The translations under genes were made by a program, and so were the position numbers. Of a stretch of DNA of 64,000 bases, positions 19,077-32,735 are shown in pieces. Below the pieces are notes generated by a model. The model was given only the letters and a program-made list of their open reading frames with translations. It made no database searches and was not told the DNA's origin. The first letter of the stretch is position 1; each line of letters begins with the position of its first letter. This DNA comes from an uncultured Gammaproteobacteria bacterium. Lineage in GTDB: Bacteria; Pseudomonadota; Gammaproteobacteria; Xanthomonadales; Rhodanobacteraceae. Location of the stretch: positions 111,399 to 175,398 of the forward strand of contig CAVPTJ010000010.1 of the NCBI GenBank assembly GCA_963708785.1, read 5' to 3'.

Positions 19077-20053
19077 TTTGCGCTGTCCTCGGCAGCACAC
19101 AGCCTGCCCAATGCTTCCAGATCGTGCTCGGCGTGGCTCTGCCGAACGAAAACGCACAGATCGGCCAGGCGCTGCGCATGTTCGGCGTCGCAGCACAATG
19201 GCGCGGCACCGAGCGCGCGGCCGCTGCGTTCGACGACGTCGGCGACCGTCCGCTCGACGGTGGCCCGCGTCGCCAGCGCGAGCGCCCGTGCATCGTCGTG
19301 CGGATGCTCGTCGATGCTGCGCGCCGCATCGCGCAACGCCGCGCGCGCGGCGCGGATCGAGGCGTCCACCGCGCCGAGATGCGCGAACAGATGCGGATCG
19401 TCGCGCCGTGTCGCCGCAACGCGCAACTTCTCGGCGATCGCGACCGCACCGCCCAGCCAGCACGCGGCAATGCCAATCGCGCCGTGCCAGAACCCGGGCC
19501 GCTGGACATAGCAGCCGGCCGCGCCGACGAGTGTGGCGGGGACGTCATCGAAGTGAACCTCGCACGTATCGGCCGCACGCATGCCGCCGTTGCTCCATGT
19601 GCTCGGATCGACGCGTACGCCGCGCTCGTCCATTGCGACGGCCGCGAGCCATTCGCGCGATCCGTCGTGGCACACCACTAGTGCGTGCGTCGCGGCATGC
19701 GCGCCGGAACACCACGGTTTTACGCCGGACAACTGCGCGTGTGATCCGTCGATGCGCACCTGCAGGCGTTGCTGCGGAGGATTGGCAGCCCACACCGCCC
19801 ACAGACGATTTTCGCCGACCAGCGCGGCCGCATCGCATTCGAACAAAATAGCCAGCGCATCCAGGTGCGCTTCGACCAGCTTGACCAAGGCCAGGCAATC
19901 GCGCGCAACGGAAAACAGAATGCTCCAGCGCGCATAGGTTTCGCCAAGTCCGGGCAACGGCACCGCTGCGGCTTTGGTTTCGGCGAATTCGCGCGCGCGC
20001 TGCGCGACGAGTTGTGCGCCCGGGCGCACGTAGCGTTCGTTCGAACCATCCAT
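19064..20053 (-). CDS. Acyl-CoA dehydrogenase-like protein
   Basis: EAHLDALAIL, LSGVKPWCSGA, Y..RPGFWHGAIGIAACW.G, DL..FVRQSHAE.DL. Confidence 0.85.
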   Translation of the reverse strand: MDGSNERYVRPGAQLVAQRAREFAETKAAAVPLPGLGETYARWSILFSVARDCLALVKLVEAHLDALAILFECDAAALVGENRLWAVWAANPPQQRLQVRIDGSHAQLSGVKPWCSGAHAATHALVVCHDGSREWLAAVAMDERGVRVDPSTWSNGGMRAADTCEVHFDDVPATLVGAAGCYVQRPGFWHGAIGIAACWLGGAVAIAEKLRVAATRRDDPHLFAHLGAVDASIRAARAALRDAARSIDEHPHDDARALALATRATVERTVADVVERSGRALGAAPLCCDAEHAQRLADLCVFVRQSHAEHDLEALGRLCAAEDSAKWMP

Positions 20054-20192
20054 GGATGCAACCTGTCGCGCCGAATGCATTCGCTCAGCACTCCGCATGC
20101 CATGCGCGCTGCTGCGAAGTGATGCGAACGCGCACATCGCCGGCGCAGCGGCGCCGCAAAATGCATGGTGCGCCGTCACGCGTCGCGCAAAA

Positions 20193-20903
20193 TCAAATAG
20201 CTGGCGCGGTGAGCGCCGGAATCGCCCGGCCGTCCGACGCCCACACCGGATGCTCTTCCAGACAACGCGCGATGCGCGCGCCGAATCCTTCCGGTGCGCG
20301 GAAGTCCAGACGCGCACTGGTCGTGACGGCCGCATCAGCCGACCAGGCCACGCGGCCGCCGATACGTTCGATGCGCTCGATCAGTCGCACGTCCTCGTGG
20401 CAGGCAACGGGAGCGAAGCCGCCCGCGGCGAGATAAATGTCGGCGCAGAAGCCAAGGTTGGCGCCGTGGATATGCCGATGACCATGACGGCGCTGATAGC
20501 CGGCGAGCACGCGATCGATCACGCGCGCATGCAGACCGTGCCACGTGTTGACGCGCACCAGTCCGCAAAATGCATCGGCGTCGACGCGTGCTTGCACCGC
20601 CAGCCAGTCGCTCGGCACTTCGCTGTCGGCATCCGTGCACGCGATCCAGCGCGCACCGCGCGTGAGCAGGCGGCGCACGCCCGCATCGCGCGCGACACCA
20701 ACGCAATGCGCGTGTATTTCGACGACGTCTACGCCGCAGCGCCGAGCGATATCGACCGTGGCGTCGCTGCACGCATCGGCGACCACCACGACGGCGACTT
20801 TCTCGCCCACCATCGCGCGATGCGAAACGGCGCGCGATATCGACCGCAAACAGGCCGGCAGCAAGCGCTCTTCATTGTGCGCAGGAACCACCACACCGAA
20901 CAT
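20193..20903 (-). CDS. Glycosyltransferase family 2
   Basis: VVVPAHNEE, DACSD, TDAD, HGANLG, Y..AGGF...HED, TSAR. Confidence 0.9.
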   Translation of the reverse strand: MFGVVVPAHNEERLLPACLRSISRAVSHRAMVGEKVAVVVVADACSDATVDIARRCGVDVVEIHAHCVGVARDAGVRRLLTRGARWIACTDADSEVPSDWLAVQARVDADAFCGLVRVNTWHGLHARVIDRVLAGYQRRHGHRHIHGANLGFCADIYLAAGGFAPVACHEDVRLIERIERIGGRVAWSADAAVTTSARLDFRAPEGFGARIARCLEEHPVWASDGRAIPALTAPAI

Positions 20904-21023
20904 CGCGACACTCCCTGTCCCGAATCGTCCCCGGTACAAAGCAGAGGTTGTGCCAGCGCATGTGCGTTGCGTCCGCGGCGCGCGCACCGGTAAGGTAGTG
21001 GGCCATCAGAACGAGTTGCATCC

Positions 21024-21428
21024 GTGACCGCTGCTGTACCCCGCTCCGTGCTAGTCGTCGACGACGACATTTCCGTAGGACAAACTATCGCCGAAGCGGT
21101 GCGGCTCGCCGGACACCGTTGCGAAGTGGTGTTCGATGCGCAGGCGGCATTCGCCCGGCTGAACGGACCGCATTCGTTCGACGTCGTGTTCCTCGATCTG
21201 CAACTCGGCGAGGAGCGCAGCGAAGATCTCGTGCAACGCCTCGCGCAAGACGGCGTGGCGCTGCCGCCGTTCGTCATCGTCTCGGGTCGGCCGAACGCGG
21301 AACTGCGCGTGGCCGGACGCGTGACGCAGGCCGCCGCGTGGCTGAAGAAACCGATTTCCCTCGCCAGCGTCGAGGCGGCCATCGAGATCGCGCTCAACCC
21401 CGCGTTTCGCGCCGCACCGTCGCCATAG
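21024..21428 (+). CDS. Stand-alone response regulator receiver
   Basis: VLVVDDD, FLDL (phospho-Asp), VSG, KKP. Confidence 0.85.
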   Translation: MTAAVPRSVLVVDDDISVGQTIAEAVRLAGHRCEVVFDAQAAFARLNGPHSFDVVFLDLQLGEERSEDLVQRLAQDGVALPPFVIVSGRPNAELRVAGRVTQAAAWLKKPISLASVEAAIEIALNPAFRAAPSP

Positions 21429-21499
21429 CGCAACACTTGTCGGAGAATTAGCGTCGCGCTTGGGCAGTTCGCGGTGGAGCTGAGGCTCACGGAGCGCGG

Positions 21500-21596
21500 C
21501 TGGAACCGAAAACCGCAATGCCCGAACTCGGCGAGCGAACCCGACGCGCACGATATGGCGGCTTATCTGTACACGCTGAACTCAGTGCGCGGCTAG
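21500..21596 (+). pseudogene. C-terminal relic of a c-type cytochrome gene
   Basis: With one frameshift it reads EPKTAMPELG-SEPDAHDMAAYLYTLNSVRG*, matching the P.TAMP.LG...A.D.AAYL.TL tail of class I cytochromes c. No CxxCH seen upstream. Confidence 0.6.
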
Positions 21597-21601
21597 AGCG
21601 G

Positions 21602-22105
21602 TCAAGCGGCGTCCGACAACACACGCTCGCCGCAATCCAGCGCCGCGGTTCCGCTGCGCGCCGTCTCGACGATACGCGCGATGGTGGCGAGTTCCTCGAG
21701 GAACGCGTTGAGTTCAGCGTCGGTGCCGGTGATCTGGATGGTCCGGGTACTCTCGGCTTCATCGAAGAACGTCGCCCGTGGATGCCGGCGCACACACGCG
21801 GCGATTAGCTGCGCGCTGCCCGGCTTGATGGCGACCTTGACGATCAGCAGTTCGCATTCCAGGTGATCGCGGCGCGTCAGATCGGCGATCTCGATCACGT
21901 CGACGAGCTTGCGCGTCTGCTTGATGATCTGGTCGATCACCAAATCTTCGCCGTTGGTGACCATGGTCAGCCGCGACACCGCCGGATCGTGCGTGGTCGC
22001 GACGGTCAGCGAATCGATGTTATAGCCGCGCGCTGAAAACAGATTCGCCACGCGGGCCAGCGCGCCGGCTTCGTTCTGCAGCAGCATTGAGATGATCCGC
22101 CGCAT
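21602..22105 (-). CDS. ilvN: Acetolactate synthase small regulatory subunit
   Basis: NEAGALARVANLFSARGYNIDSL ACT domain; directly after the large subunit. Confidence 0.93.
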   Translation of the reverse strand: MRRIISMLLQNEAGALARVANLFSARGYNIDSLTVATTHDPAVSRLTMVTNGEDLVIDQIIKQTRKLVDVIEIADLTRRDHLECELLIVKVAIKPGSAQLIAACVRRHPRATFFDEAESTRTIQITGTDAELNAFLEELATIARIVETARSGTAALDCGERVLSDAA

Positions 22106-23970
22106 CAGAACATTTCCGATAATTCGGTCGGCTCACGCGCCACTTCCTTGCGCGACGGAATCCAGTCACCCGTGATCATTTGCGCATAACTCTTGCCGGG
22201 GCCGACCATCGGATACACGCACGCGTCCGGATCGATCATCACTTCCAGGAATGCCGGGCCGTCGAAGGCGATGAAGTCGGCGATGGTCCGTGTCACGTCG
22301 GCAGGTTTCTCCAGCCGCCGCGCCCACGCGAAGCCGTCGGCTTCGGCGGCCTTGACGAAATCCTTCTTGTGCAGGCTCTTGTCGCTCGCCGAGAAGCGGC
22401 CCTGGAAAAACAGCTTCTGCCACTGCCGCACCATGCCGTCGCCCTGGTTATTCATGACGACGATCTTCACCGGCAGCTTGTACGTCGTCACCGTCTCGAG
22501 TTCTCCGATATTCATGCGGATGCTGGCGTCGCCGTCGATGTCGATCACCATCGCATCGCGCCGCGCGAACTGCGCGCCGATCGCCGCCGGCAGGCCGAAA
22601 CCCATCGTGCCCATCGAACCGGAGGTGAGCCACAGCCGCGGCTCGCGGAATCCGAAATACTGCGCCGCCCACATCTGGTGCTGCCCCACACCGGTGCTGA
22701 TCACCGCGCGGCCCTTCGTGTGCGCGTTGATTTCTTCGAGCACCGCGTACGGCTGAATCAGCGGCGCGTTGCGGTCGTAATTCATCGCGTAGGTTTTCTT
22801 CAGTTCCGCGATGTGCGCATGCCATGGCGCGAACGTGTTCTGCTGCTGCGGCCGATAGCCGCGCTTCGCGCCGAACGTGCGCAGACGATCGAGCGACGGC
22901 GACAGATTGCCGAGGTGATGCCAGTCCGCGTGCTTGACCTTGTTGATCTCCGCCGCATCGACATCCAGATGCGCCACGTGACGCGCGCGCTCGGCGAACT
23001 TGTGCGGCACGCCGGCCACACGATCGTCGAAACGCGCGCCGATCGCGATCAGGAAATCGCAATCCTCCACCGCGTAATTCGCGTACGCCGTGCCGTGCAT
23101 GCCGAGCATGTGCAGCGATAACGGATCGGTCGTGTCGAACGCGCCGATACCCATCAATGTCGTCGTGACCGGGATGCCGAACGCGTGCGCGAAATCGCGC
23201 AGCGCGCGCGAGGCATTCGCCGCGATCACGCCGCCGCCGGCATAAATCAACGGACGTTTCGCATGCCAGAGCAATTCGAAAAATTTCGCACAGCTCGCGC
23301 GATCGATATGCGCCGACTCAATGGCCTCCAGCCGTGCGCGGTATCCCGGCACCGGGAGCGAACTGGCGCCATCGAACGTCAGCTCCACGTTCTGGATGTC
23401 CTTCGGAATATCGATCACGACCGGGCCGGGCCGCCCGCTGCGCGCGATCTCGAATGCCGTGCGCAAGGTCGCTTCGAGTTTCCGCGCATCGGTGACCAGG
23501 AATACGTGCTTCGCGCACGAGGCCATGATGCTGCTGACCGGCGCTTCCTGAAACGCATCGGTGCCGATCGCCGCCGTCGGCACCTGGCCGCAGATGACGA
23601 CGATGGGGATCGAATCGGCCATCGCATCGCGCACGGGCGTGACCGTGTTGGTCGCACCGGGACCCGATGTCACAAGCGCAACGCCGACCTTGCCGGACGC
23701 CCGCGCATAACCTTGCGCCATGAAACCCGCGCCTTGCTCGTTCGCCGGCACGATCAGCGGCATGGGTTCGCTGCCGTCGTCGCGCACATTGTCGTGGTTG
23801 TAGCGGAACACGGCGTCGTACACCGGCAGGATGGCGCCGCCGGAATAGCCGAACACGACCTCCACGCCTTCGTCCGCCAGTACCTGCACCACCACATCGG
23901 CGCCGCTCAGGCGCGCGCCGGCCAGCGGGTGCGCGGACGTTTCGATGTGAGTTTGCAGTCGTGCGTTCAC
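22105..23970 (-). CDS. ilvB: Acetolactate synthase large subunit
   Basis: FGYSGGAILP, TSGPGATN, FQE, MLGMHG, GQHQMW, GDAS..MN. Confidence 0.95.
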   Translation of the reverse strand: MNARLQTHIETSAHPLAGARLSGADVVVQVLADEGVEVVFGYSGGAILPVYDAVFRYNHDNVRDDGSEPMPLIVPANEQGAGFMAQGYARASGKVGVALVTSGPGATNTVTPVRDAMADSIPIVVICGQVPTAAIGTDAFQEAPVSSIMASCAKHVFLVTDARKLEATLRTAFEIARSGRPGPVVIDIPKDIQNVELTFDGASSLPVPGYRARLEAIESAHIDRASCAKFFELLWHAKRPLIYAGGGVIAANASRALRDFAHAFGIPVTTTLMGIGAFDTTDPLSLHMLGMHGTAYANYAVEDCDFLIAIGARFDDRVAGVPHKFAERARHVAHLDVDAAEINKVKHADWHHLGNLSPSLDRLRTFGAKRGYRPQQQNTFAPWHAHIAELKKTYAMNYDRNAPLIQPYAVLEEINAHTKGRAVISTGVGQHQMWAAQYFGFREPRLWLTSGSMGTMGFGLPAAIGAQFARRDAMVIDIDGDASIRMNIGELETVTTYKLPVKIVVMNNQGDGMVRQWQKLFFQGRFSASDKSLHKKDFVKAAEADGFAWARRLEKPADVTRTIADFIAFDGPAFLEVMIDPDACVYPMVGPGKSYAQMITGDWIPSRKEVAREPTELSEMF

Positions 23971-24019
23971 GGGTCACCTCGTAGGGCGCGATGCGGGCGC
24001 GACAGATCGCGCCACGACA

Positions 24020-26727
<2,708 letters not shown>

Positions 26728-26728
26728 G

Positions 26729-27808
26729 TCAGGCGGCGGCGCGATCTGCGGATCTGGCATTCAACGCATCGAGTACGGCGCGGGTCACGTCCTCGGTGCT
26801 TGCCGTGCCGCCGAGATCGCGCGTCAATGTGCCGCGCTCGATCACGGCATCGACGGCCGCTTCAATCGCGCGTGCGTCGCTGTCGAGGTCGAGGGAATAG
26901 CGCAGCAGCAGGGCCGCGCTCAGGATCGCGCCGAGTGGATTGGCTAGACCTTTGCCGGCGATGTCCGGCGCGGAGCCATGGATCGGTTCATACAAACCCG
27001 CCTTGCCTTCGCCGAGCGATGCCGATGGCAGGAGGCCCAATGATCCGGCGAGTGCCGCCGCTTCGTCGGTCAGGATGTCGCCGAACAGGTTTTCGGTGAC
27101 GATCACATCGTAGGCACTCGGACGCGTCAGCAGCAGCATCGCCATCGAATCGACGAGTTGGTGTTCGAGCGTCACATCCGGAAATTCTTTCGCGACCTGC
27201 GTAACGACGCTGCGCCACAAGCGCGAGGTTTCCAGCACGTTGGCCTTGTCGACGTGCGTGACGTGCTTGCGCCGTCCGCGCGCAAGCGCAAAGGCGCGGC
27301 GCGTCGCGCGTTCGATTTCGGCGACGGTGTACCTGCATTCGTCGGTCGCAGTATCCGCGGTGCGCGTCTTTGCGCCGAAATAAGCACCACCGGTCAGTTC
27401 GCGCAGGAACAACAAATCCACATTGTGCAATTTTTCATTTTTCAGCGGCGAAAGCGAAGCGAGTTTCGGATGCACGCGCACCGGCCGCAGGTTGGCGTAC
27501 ACGCCGAGTGCCGCGCGCAATCCGAGCAGGCCCTGCTCCGGACGCACTTTCGCGTTCGGGTCGGACCACTTCGGGCCGCCCACCGCGCCGAGCAGCACTG
27601 CGTCGGCAGCCTTGCAAGCGGCCAGCGTCGCCGGCGGCAACGGATTTCCGTGCGTATCGATGGCAACACCGCCCATCGGATATTCGGTGAATGCGAATTT
27701 ATGGCCACCGTGCGTCGCGACGGCCTGCAACACCGCGACCGCGCCTGTTGTGACTTCGGGCCCGATGCCGTCGCCCGGCAGTACGGCGATGGTTGCATTG
27801 ACGCTCAT
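26729..27808 (-). CDS. leuB: 3-isopropylmalate dehydrogenase
   Basis: [44 protein letters not shown]. Confidence 0.97.
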   Translation of the reverse strand: MSVNATIAVLPGDGIGPEVTTGAVAVLQAVATHGGHKFAFTEYPMGGVAIDTHGNPLPPATLAACKAADAVLLGAVGGPKWSDPNAKVRPEQGLLGLRAALGVYANLRPVRVHPKLASLSPLKNEKLHNVDLLFLRELTGGAYFGAKTRTADTATDECRYTVAEIERATRRAFALARGRRKHVTHVDKANVLETSRLWRSVVTQVAKEFPDVTLEHQLVDSMAMLLLTRPSAYDVIVTENLFGDILTDEAAALAGSLGLLPSASLGEGKAGLYEPIHGSAPDIAGKGLANPLGAILSAALLLRYSLDLDSDARAIEAAVDAVIERGTLTRDLGGTASTEDVTRAVLDALNARSADRAAA

Positions 27809-28386
27809 GCGGCCTCCCGCTGACGCTCGAACGCGGCGATGGCGTCGCCGTTCTGCAGCAGGAAACCGAGCTGATCCACACCGCTCAGCAGGCAGTGCTT
27901 TGCAAACGATTCGAGCTCGAAGCTGAAACGGCCGCCGTCCGGCAGTTCGATGAATCCGCCGGCGACGTCGATGGTGAGTTCGATGCCCGGATGTTCGAGT
28001 AGGTAGCGATGTTCGCCTTCGCTCAGCACGACGGCGAGCAATCCGTTCTTCAGTGCGTTGCCGCGGAAGATGTCGGCGATCTCGCTCGACAGCACGGCGC
28101 GGATGCCGAAATCGAGCAACGCCCACGGCGCGTGTTCGCGCGAGGAGCCGCAGCCGAAATTGCGTCCCGCGACGAGGATCTCGCAACCGCGCGCGTCGGG
28201 TTTGTTCAACGCGAAATCCGGATCGGGCGAACCGTCGGGTTTGTATCGCCAGTCGTTGAACAGCGATTTGCCCAGGCCGGTGCGTTCGGTCGTCGTCAGA
28301 AAACGCGCCGGGATGATACGGTCGGTGTCGATGTTCTGATGCGCGAGTACGACGGTGCGCGAATGCAGGTGCGTCAACGGTTTCAT
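27805..28386 (-). CDS. leuD: 3-isopropylmalate dehydratase small subunit
   Basis: [24 protein letters not shown]. Confidence 0.97.
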   Translation of the reverse strand: MKPLTHLHSRTVVLAHQNIDTDRIIPARFLTTTERTGLGKSLFNDWRYKPDGSPDPDFALNKPDARGCEILVAGRNFGCGSSREHAPWALLDFGIRAVLSSEIADIFRGNALKNGLLAVVLSEGEHRYLLEHPGIELTIDVAGGFIELPDGGRFSFELESFAKHCLLSGVDQLGFLLQNGDAIAAFERQREAA

Positions 28387-29792
28387 GCCGCCGCCTCCGC
28401 CATCAGCTCGCGCGGATCGGCAATGTGCCCGGCGATCGCCGACGCAGCCGCGACGAGCGGACTCGCCAGCACGGTGCGCACGCCCGGTCCTTGCCGGCCT
28501 TCGAAATTGCGGTTGCTCGTGCTGACGACGAGTTGTCCCGGCTTGCCGATGTCGCCGTTCATGCCGAGGCACATCGAGCACCCCGCTTCGCGCCACTCGG
28601 CACCTGCGGCCTTGAACGTTTCATGCAGGCCTTCGCGTTCGGCGTCGCGTTTGATCTGCTCGGAACCCGGCACGACCAGCATGCGCACGCGCGGCGAAAT
28701 ACGCTGGCCGCGCAGCATGTCGGCGGCGGCGCGCAGATCGCTCAGCCGCGAGTTGGTGCAGCTGCCGAGGAACACGATGTCGACCGGCGTGCCCAGCATC
28801 GACTTGCCCGCTTCGACGCGCATGTAGTCGAGCGCCCGCTTTTCCTGCGGATTTGCGGCGGCGGGGACGAAGGCATCGAGTGTCGTCACCATGCCGGGAT
28901 GCGTGCCGTAGGTGATGCTCGGCTGGATTTTCGCGGCGTCGATGCTCACTTCGCGATCGAAAGTTGCGTCGGCATCGGACTTGAGCCGGCTCCACGCCGC
29001 AACCGCGTTGGTCCACGCGTCGCCTTTCGGCGCGCGATCGCGGCCTTTGAGATAGTCGAATGTCGTCGCGTCGGGCGCGATCAGCCCAGCGCGCGCACCG
29101 GCTTCGATCGACATATTGCACACGGTCATTCGTTCTTCCATCGACAGCGCCTCGATCGTGCTGCCGCGATATTCCAGGACGTAGCCGGTGCCGCCGTTCA
29201 CGCCGATCGTGCCGATGATGTGCAGGATCAGATCTTTCGCTGTCACGCCCGGCTGCAATTTCCCATTGACGGTGATGGCAAACGATTTCGGTTTCCGCTG
29301 CAGCAGGCACTGCGTCGCCAGCACGTGGCCGACTTCCGTTGTGCCGATGCCGAAGGCGAGTGCGCCGAACGCGCCGTGCGTGGAGGTGTGGCTGTCGCCG
29401 CAGACGATAGTCATGCCCGGTTGCGTGGCACCGAGTTCCGGACCGATCACATGCACGATGCCGCGGTGTGGACTACCCCAGCCTTGCAGTTCCACACCGT
29501 ATTGCTTCGTGTTGGTTTCGAGTTGCGCCACCTGCGATTCGGCTTCGGCCGTCACGTACGGGCGCTTGCCGGATGCATCGGCCGGCAGTGTCGGCGTGGA
29601 GTGGTCGAAGGTCGCGAGCGTGCGATCCGGCCGGCGCAGTTTCAGTCCGCGCGCACGCAGTTCGGAAAACGCCTGCGGCGATGTCACTTCGTGCACCAGG
29701 TGCAGATCGACGTAGAGGATCGCCGGCGTGGCGTCGGTTTCGGCACGGACTTCGTGCGCGCCCCAGATTTTGTCGAGAAGTGTCGTGCCCAT
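28383..29792 (-). CDS. leuC: 3-isopropylmalate dehydratase large subunit
   Basis: [43 protein letters not shown]. Confidence 0.97.
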   Translation of the reverse strand: MGTTLLDKIWGAHEVRAETDATPAILYVDLHLVHEVTSPQAFSELRARGLKLRRPDRTLATFDHSTPTLPADASGKRPYVTAEAESQVAQLETNTKQYGVELQGWGSPHRGIVHVIGPELGATQPGMTIVCGDSHTSTHGAFGALAFGIGTTEVGHVLATQCLLQRKPKSFAITVNGKLQPGVTAKDLILHIIGTIGVNGGTGYVLEYRGSTIEALSMEERMTVCNMSIEAGARAGLIAPDATTFDYLKGRDRAPKGDAWTNAVAAWSRLKSDADATFDREVSIDAAKIQPSITYGTHPGMVTTLDAFVPAAANPQEKRALDYMRVEAGKSMLGTPVDIVFLGSCTNSRLSDLRAAADMLRGQRISPRVRMLVVPGSEQIKRDAEREGLHETFKAAGAEWREAGCSMCLGMNGDIGKPGQLVVSTSNRNFEGRQGPGVRTVLASPLVAAASAIAGHIADPRELMAEAAA

Positions 29793-30766
29793 CACGCGGC
29801 TTCCATTTCGATGCTGTCGTGCATCGTGAGCTGTCTCGGCGTGAACTCGCGGATCGGCGTGAGCCAGCCGCGCGTGTCCGGCGTGCCGCCGTCGAACAGG
29901 CCGAAAAACGCTTTTTGCAGTGCGCGCGTGATCTCGCCCGGCTTGCCGGCGCCGACAGGTTTGCGGTCGACTGAGCGAACCGGCGTCACTTCGGCGGCCG
30001 TGCCGGTCATGAACACTTCGTCGGCGAAATAGAGCAGCTCGCGCGGCAGGATCTGTTCGACGACGTCGATGCCGAGATCGCCCGCCAATGTCAGCACGGA
30101 ATCGCGGGTGATGCCGGCGAGGATGCTCGAACCGGTCGGCGGCGTATAAATTTTCCCGCCGCGAATGACGAACAGGTTTTCGCCGGCGCCTTCGCTGAGC
30201 AGTCCGCCGGGCGCAAGCGCGATGCCTTCTGCGAAGCCGCCGCGCACGGCTTCCTGCGCGATGAGCTGGCTCGACAGATAGTTGCCGCCAGCCTTCACGC
30301 CGGTCGGGTACGTGTTCGGCGCGGCGCGATTCCACGAGCTGACGCAGACATCTACGCCGCTCTCCAGCGCCGCGGCACCGTGCATCGAGCCCCATTCGAT
30401 GGCGATGACGGCGAATTCGATCGGCGTCTCGCGCGGCGGCGCCAAGCTGAAGGTGAAGCCGGCGCGATAGGCGATTGGTCTGACGTACGCGCTTTTCAGG
30501 CCATTCGCGGCGACGACTTCCTCGCAGGCGCGATCGATTTCCTCGGCCGAATACGGAATGTCGAAATCGTATACTTTTGCAGAAAGCAGCAAACGCTCGG
30601 TGTGATCTTTCAGACGGAAATAGCGCGAGCCGCTCGGCGTGGAATAGACACGCACACCTTCGAACACCGATGAACCGTAGTGCAGGGCGTGGGCGCCGAC
30701 GTGAACCGTCGCCTCAGCCCAGGGTTTGAGTCGTCCGTTGTGCCAGATCTGTGCGGAAGCGTTCAT
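29792..30766 (-). CDS. ilvE: Branched-chain amino acid aminotransferase
   Basis: [38 protein letters not shown]. Confidence 0.96.
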   Translation of the reverse strand: MNASAQIWHNGRLKPWAEATVHVGAHALHYGSSVFEGVRVYSTPSGSRYFRLKDHTERLLLSAKVYDFDIPYSAEEIDRACEEVVAANGLKSAYVRPIAYRAGFTFSLAPPRETPIEFAVIAIEWGSMHGAAALESGVDVCVSSWNRAAPNTYPTGVKAGGNYLSSQLIAQEAVRGGFAEGIALAPGGLLSEGAGENLFVIRGGKIYTPPTGSSILAGITRDSVLTLAGDLGIDVVEQILPRELLYFADEVFMTGTAAEVTPVRSVDRKPVGAGKPGEITRALQKAFFGLFDGGTPDTRGWLTPIREFTPRQLTMHDSIEMEAA

Positions 30767-30776
30767 GTGTTTGTCC

Positions 30777-32363
30777 TCAGGCCTGTGCGGCAACGACGGG
30801 AATCGGAGTGGGTTTCTGGCTCAATCGTTCGATGCGGTTGATGACTTCGAGCGCGGCGAGCGCGGTGGCTTCGACGATGTCCGTGGACACGCCGCGGCCG
30901 CGAAGTTCACGCCCGGCGAAACGCACGTCGAGCGTGGCGCGGCCTTGCGCGTCGGCGCCGAAACTCAATGAACGCACCTGGAAATCGGCGATGTCGAGCT
31001 GCACGCCGGCGGCGCGTTCCATGCCGCGCAGCACGGCGTGGATCGGTCCGTCGCCGATCGCCGCTTCGGTGGAAACACGTCCGTCTTCGTGCTTGAGTTT
31101 CACCGATGCGGAGGCGCCGCCGCCGAGATGCGTGGTCGCGTGCAGGTTGTCGAGTTTCCACGGACCGATGGCTTCGGGATCCTGACCGAGCGCGAGCGCG
31201 TCGAGATCGTTGTCGAACACTTCGCGTTTCTTGTCGGCGAGCGTTTTGAAGCGCGTGAACACATCGTCGAGTTGCGCATCGTCGAGCTCGTGGCCGAGAT
31301 TCGCCAGCCGCTCGCGCAATGCGTGGCGGCCGGAGTGTTTGCCGAGCACGAGCTGCGTGCGCGAGAAACCGACGTCTTCCGGCCGCATGATCTCGTAGGT
31401 CTCGCGGTTTTTCAGCATGCCGTGCTGATGGATGCCGGATTCGTGCGCGAACGCGTTGTCGCCGACGATCGCTTTGTTGCGCGGGATCGTCGATCCAACC
31501 AGATCCGACAACAGCCGCGCGGTGGGATACAGCAACGGCGTGCGGATGTTCGTTTCGAGCTGGAATCGATCCAGCCGCGTGCGCAGGGTCATGACGATTT
31601 CTTCGAGCGCGGCGTTGCCCGCGCGCTCGCCGATGCCGTTGATGGTGCACTCGACCTGCCGCGCGCCGGCCGCCAGCGCCGCGACGCTATTGGCCACTCC
31701 GAGGCCGAGATCGTTGTGGCAATGGGCGCTCAAGGTGACGTTTTCGATGCCTTTCACCTCGCGTTTCAACCGCAGGAACAGCGCGTGGATTTCCTCCGGC
31801 GTGGTGTAGCCCACGGTGTCGGGCACGTTCACGGTCGTGGCGCCCGCTTCGATCATCGTCGCCAGCGCCTGGATCAGGAATTCCGGTTCGGTGCGGATCG
31901 CGTCTTCGGCGGAAAATTCCACATCCGCACAAAGTTCGCGTGCGCGGCGCACCGCCTTGAAGCCGGTTTCCAGTACCTGCTCGCGGCTCATGTTGAGCTT
32001 GTGGCGGCGATGGATCGGGCTGGTGGCGAGGAAGATGTGGATGCGCGCGTGCTCCGCTTTCTCGGTCGCGCGCGCGACGGATTCGATGTCGCCGAACTGC
32101 GCGCGGGCCAGCCCGCAGATGATCGGCCCGCGAATGTCGGTGGCGACGGCGCGGACGGAATCGAAGTCGCCGTCGGAGGCTTGCGGGAAGCCGGCTTCGA
32201 TGACGTCGACGCCCAGTTCGGCCAACGCGTGGGCCATGCGCAGCTTCTGCACCCGGCTCATGGAAAAGCCGGGCGCCTGTTCGCCGTCGCGCAGGGTGGT
32301 GTCGAAAATCCGTACGCGCTCGCGTTCGGGACGTACTACGTGCAGTTCGTTCGTTTGCGTCAT
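30777..32363 (-). CDS. leuA: 2-isopropylmalate synthase
   Basis: FDTTLRDGEQ, HCHNDLG, NGIGERAGN, HESGIHQ, GKHSG. Confidence 0.97.
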   Translation of the reverse strand: MTQTNELHVVRPERERVRIFDTTLRDGEQAPGFSMSRVQKLRMAHALAELGVDVIEAGFPQASDGDFDSVRAVATDIRGPIICGLARAQFGDIESVARATEKAEHARIHIFLATSPIHRRHKLNMSREQVLETGFKAVRRARELCADVEFSAEDAIRTEPEFLIQALATMIEAGATTVNVPDTVGYTTPEEIHALFLRLKREVKGIENVTLSAHCHNDLGLGVANSVAALAAGARQVECTINGIGERAGNAALEEIVMTLRTRLDRFQLETNIRTPLLYPTARLLSDLVGSTIPRNKAIVGDNAFAHESGIHQHGMLKNRETYEIMRPEDVGFSRTQLVLGKHSGRHALRERLANLGHELDDAQLDDVFTRFKTLADKKREVFDNDLDALALGQDPEAIGPWKLDNLHATTHLGGGASASVKLKHEDGRVSTEAAIGDGPIHAVLRGMERAAGVQLDIADFQVRSLSFGADAQGRATLDVRFAGRELRGRGVSTDIVEATALAALEVINRIERLSQKPTPIPVVAAQA

Positions 32364-32398
32364 GGCCGCTACCGCGGGCTTCGAGCGTCAAACCTGGC

Positions 32399-32435
32399 AA
32401 AAAAAAACCCCGCATCGGTTTCCCGGTGCGGGGTT
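32399..32435 (-). terminator. Attenuator terminator of the leu/ilv operon
   Basis: Minus strand: AACCCCGCACCGG-GAAA-CCGATGCGGGGTT followed by a T run, 35 bp upstream of leuA. Confidence 0.92.
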
Positions 32436-32466
32436 CTAGGTTCTTGTCTGGTTTTCTAGACGCGCC

Positions 32467-32595
32467 CTAACCCGCACCTCCGTTGGTAATAAGAAGTACG
32501 AGGACGAGAAGGGAAATCGAGCGCGCCGCCACGAGCTGCGAGGTCCGCTGCAGGCTCGTCAGGTTCATGGCATTGGCGCTGTTGCGATGCGACAT
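32467..32595 (-). CDS. Ile/Leu/Val leader peptide
   Basis: MSHRNSANAMNLTSLQRTSQLVAARSISLLVLVLLITNGGAG* (alternative start 32568). Its 3' end GGTGCGGGTTAGG is complementary to the 5' arm of the terminator. Confidence 0.88.
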   Translation of the reverse strand: MSHRNSANAMNLTSLQRTSQLVAARSISLLVLVLLITNGGAG

Positions 32596-32735
32596 GGAAC
32601 CGACCTTAAGCGAAGCATGAAGGTCGTGTCAACACCTTTTTCAAAAAATATCCGGCGGCGCCGTTCCTGACGCATTCTCGCGAGGTTTGGATGGATAGAC
32701 GGCTGGATGTCTGGACGTCTTCAGATCGACCCTGC

